A DNA stretch of 63,830 nt, counting the filler, from Lenisia limosa (Eukaryota > Protista > Breviatea): NCBI GenBank assembly GCA_001655205.1. It is 8 parts of 8 records of this genome, joined end to end, with 100 filler letters (N's around TTAATTAATTAA, not from the genome) between each part and the next. Parts side by side here need not be neighbours in the genome. Positions count along the whole stretch, not along the records: positions 48,620 to 62,241 come from LPNZ01006789.1; positions 62,342 to 63,830 come from LPNZ01002875.1; 6 more parts are not named here. The stretch is one strand, 5' to 3'. A program made the translations under genes and the position numbers. How positions within the stretch are numbered: the stretch's first letter is position 1; each line of letters opens with the position of its first letter. The notes under the pieces were generated by a model. It searched no databases. It saw only the letters and a list, made by a program, of their open reading frames with translations, and was not told the DNA's origin. Shown piece after piece: positions 61,143 to 63,830 of this stretch.

Positions 61143-61400
61143 CTGTAGGGGGGGAGTAAAACTGGAAAATTTATGAAACAAAAAGCCCAAAATCAACCCT
61201 GTTCTGACAACACGCGAGGGTTGATAACAACACAATAAACAAAGCCCAGGCCAGTCGTTTCAGCAGCACCGCACCTCATCACTGGTGAAACGAAAGAAAT
61301 TTCGATGAAGAATATTCGCGTAAAGGTACTCATCATAACTGAATAATCTGAAACTCCAAAAAAAAAAAAATAATAATAATAAAAACAATAAACACTAGCC
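61143..61400 (-). repeat. Intron-resident repeat (modules A+B) ending at an acceptor
   Basis: Sense strand GGAGTTTCAGATTATTCAGTT...ATCGAAATTTCTTTCGTTTCAC...GAAACGACTGGCCTGGGCTTTGTTTATTG...TTTCATAAATTTTCCAGTTTTACTCCCCCCCTACAG|GC. Confidence 0.8.
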
Positions 61401-62241
61401 TAGTCAAAAACCAGGAGACAAAAACAAACAAAGCCNNNNNNNNNNNNNNNNNNNNNNNNNNNNNNNNNNNNNNNNNNNNNNNNNNNNNNNNNNNNNNNNN
61501 NNNNNNNNNNNNNNNNNNNNNNNNNNNNNNNNNNNNNNGGGGGCAAGGTATTTCACCCCCCCCCCACGGTCTGAACAGGAAGGGCGGTAGCTTGTCTATC
61601 TCCGTTTCGCCACGACAATACCCCGGGAACATGCAGGGGAATAAGGGGGACGGTCGAAATGGCTGGCTGGTTGGCTGCTGGCACTCTGGAGGACGGTGTG
61701 ATAAGTTTGGGACTCAACAGGGAAAGGATTATGAAGGGGGTGATTTGGTGATGGCATGTGTATATGTACTATATGTCAGAGGGGAATAATGGGCTCTTCT
61801 AAAAAGGGGGTGGCAGCGTCTTTAATTAAAAAACTAAAAAGTGAGAAAAGTGGTTTTTTGATGAGCAAAATTCAAAAAGGATTGTTTGCAACTACAGACG
61901 TTTTTTAAAGAGCCGCCCCATTTTTAGAACAGCTGAATAGTGGGGGTGCGTTGGTGACTGAAAATAAATAAAACACCAGGTGTAAAGGAATGCTAGCCCT
62001 CTTCCCACAATGATCTTGAACTTGGTTTTGGGAGGTTGTTAACAGGGATTGAGGGGGGCGGAGTGGGCTTGAGTGCCGATTTTTGCAGCACAGGGAGGTT
62101 ACTAGAAGCGTCTACTGGAAATCAGAACCTCCTGCAAAAAAAAAAACACTGTGTATTTTACTTCCCTTATCCAGGTCTGCGATAATACTTGTTTCAACTC
62201 ATTTCTGATTATAAATCTTACTTCTACCCCCACCCTCATAC

Positions 62242-62341
62242 NNNNNNNNNNNNNNNNNNNNNNNNNNNNNNNNNNNNNNNNNNNNTTAATTAATTAANNN
62301 NNNNNNNNNNNNNNNNNNNNNNNNNNNNNNNNNNNNNNNNN
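62242..62341. other. Artificial scaffold spacer
   Basis: 44 N + TTAATTAATTAA + 44 N. Confidence 0.97.
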
Positions 62342-62925
62342 CTAGTCCATACCTCTGGCATGGAGGGGCTTTTAAAACCTGGTAAACGCTCTCAAGTAGG
62401 TCGGATACAGGGCAAGAATCGCAAAGAGGCGTAGATTTTTGCCTCTTTTAGCAGCGAGGGGATCGAATGCTTCAAGGCGCCATTCTCCAAAGACTAACCC
62501 GAGCTCTTTTTTTTCTTTGTTATTTTCTGTTCTTTTACATTTTTCACAATGGTTCAGCCCACAATTCATCCCCCCCCCCCCCNNNNNNNNNNNNNNNNNN
62601 NNNNNNNNNNNNNNNNNNNNNNNNNNNNNNNNNNNNNNNNNNNNNNNNNNNNNNNNNNNNNNNNNNNNNNNNNNNNNNNNNGTCAAAATGCAGAGTAGTC
62701 TGGCGAGAGAGTCCGAAATGTCACGTGACCGTCTCCTTGCATCGGCCGAGATTCTCTGGGTAAAGGTTTGTTGGGATTTTGGTAAGGATGCGTCCTGCTT
62801 TCCCGGTTGTCATTCTGTTAGAGCTATTTATATTTTGATAAACAACACCATGTAGTAGTAGTATATCTATTTTCCAAAAGACACCTGAGTTCCATTGTTA
62901 ATGCGCATTCCAACTGACTCCACAG

Positions 62926-63735
62926 CCTCTCGAAGATGGTGTCATGCCTGCTGTTGGAGAACATCCCAAGTCTGACGTTTGGAGGAAGATTGTGCGCCAC
63001 CAAGCCCCAATGATGAGTGTCTTCACTGGGCCGGGACGCGTCAACAAATATTCGGTGGGTGTGCAAGATGAAAAGCCAGGGGGGTATTTGGGGGGCTTGT
63101 ATTTTTATTCCCTTCCTGTTCCTAAGAAAAATTCTCAACTCTTATGTACTATATGCCAATATATATATATATATATATCTGTAATATCTGTTCTCTTTCT
63201 TAATTCATTACAGAGTGAAGAAAAATCATACTGTCTTTGCGTTGGAACTATAATCACGAATCGAATCATCAAGAAAGTTAGGGGGGGGGGTAACTTCCTT
63301 TTCTTTGGGGTTTTCAAACTTTCAAATGCCACCTCTCTTCGTGAGCTTTATTTGATCATTTGGTCGTTTTATTCTTATTACACATTTCTAATACCGTAGA
63401 TTATCGGTACATCGAGTGCAGTGGCGCTGGTGCTTGATGGTCAGGCCTTAGCTGCTAACTCCGGGGCCCCTCCGGGGCACCTCAACCCTGGCTCCCTCTA
63501 TAACTTCAGCATGGTAAGAGAGGGGGTGTTTTTATGATGGTGATAATGTCTTCTGCCAGCTATCATCATAGAATATCATTAAGTGCATAAATATAAATGG
63601 TGTCCATATCCCCGCCTTACACCACAGTATTCGGTCCTTGTTCTTCAAAGTGACTCGGTGGTTTTGGTATGGCCGCGACAGCAGTTCTTGGAGTGTACCA
63701 GCGACTCCAAGGCCAGTTCAATCCTCGGCTCATAA
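62926..63735 (+). CDS. 3' exons of a gene, possibly with a cyclic-nucleotide-binding/Popeye-like domain
   Basis: AG/GT-bounded exons ...VALVLDGQAL...HLNPGSLYNFSM and YSVLVLQSDSVVLVWPRQQFLEC...* loosely resemble the end of a cNMP-binding fold. The resemblance is weak. Confidence 0.25.
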
Positions 63736-63830
63736 GTTTTTCTCTATTATTCCACGAATGGTGTTCTGATTTGATGGTACTAATGTTTTTTTTTTGTTGT
63801 TGTGTTTATAATATAGATCCTCCCGTATAT

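Noticed and set aside
5904-62341. Recurrent TTAATTAATTAA inside N runs as a biological repeat
   Set aside because: Seven identical 44N-12-44N cassettes are an assembly linker. Gene neighbourhoods across them are not real.

Overview
Eukaryotic nuclear DNA from a fragmented draft assembly, probably a flagellated microbial eukaryote (it carries SPEF1-like and SYP7-like genes, short GT-AG introns and the standard code). Seven artificial 100-nt spacers (44 N + TTAATTAATTAA + 44 N) join eight scaffolds, so adjacency across a spacer means nothing. Recognisable host genes are a SYP7-type Qc-SNARE, a RING-HC E3 C-terminus, a SPEF1-like CH protein, the C-terminus of an M18 aspartyl aminopeptidase, a BFR1/PPI1-like coiled-coil protein and an ankyrin protein. 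The repeat load is heavy: a Tc1-like transposase end, about 30 copies of a ~95-bp hairpin MITE, several other MITE families, a ~820-bp foldback element, and a repeat that sits inside introns and runs up to their 3' splice sites. The most unusual region is ~55.1-60.3 kb. It is a gap-free, densely packed two-strand block of long uninterrupted ORFs: four ORFans, one possible micro-ORF and a very divergent CDC48-like AAA ATPase. It has tiny intergenic spacers and a shared junction motif, and looks like an integrated virus- or plasmid-like segment, but no viral hallmark gene is recognisable. All annotation is by eye; no searches were run.
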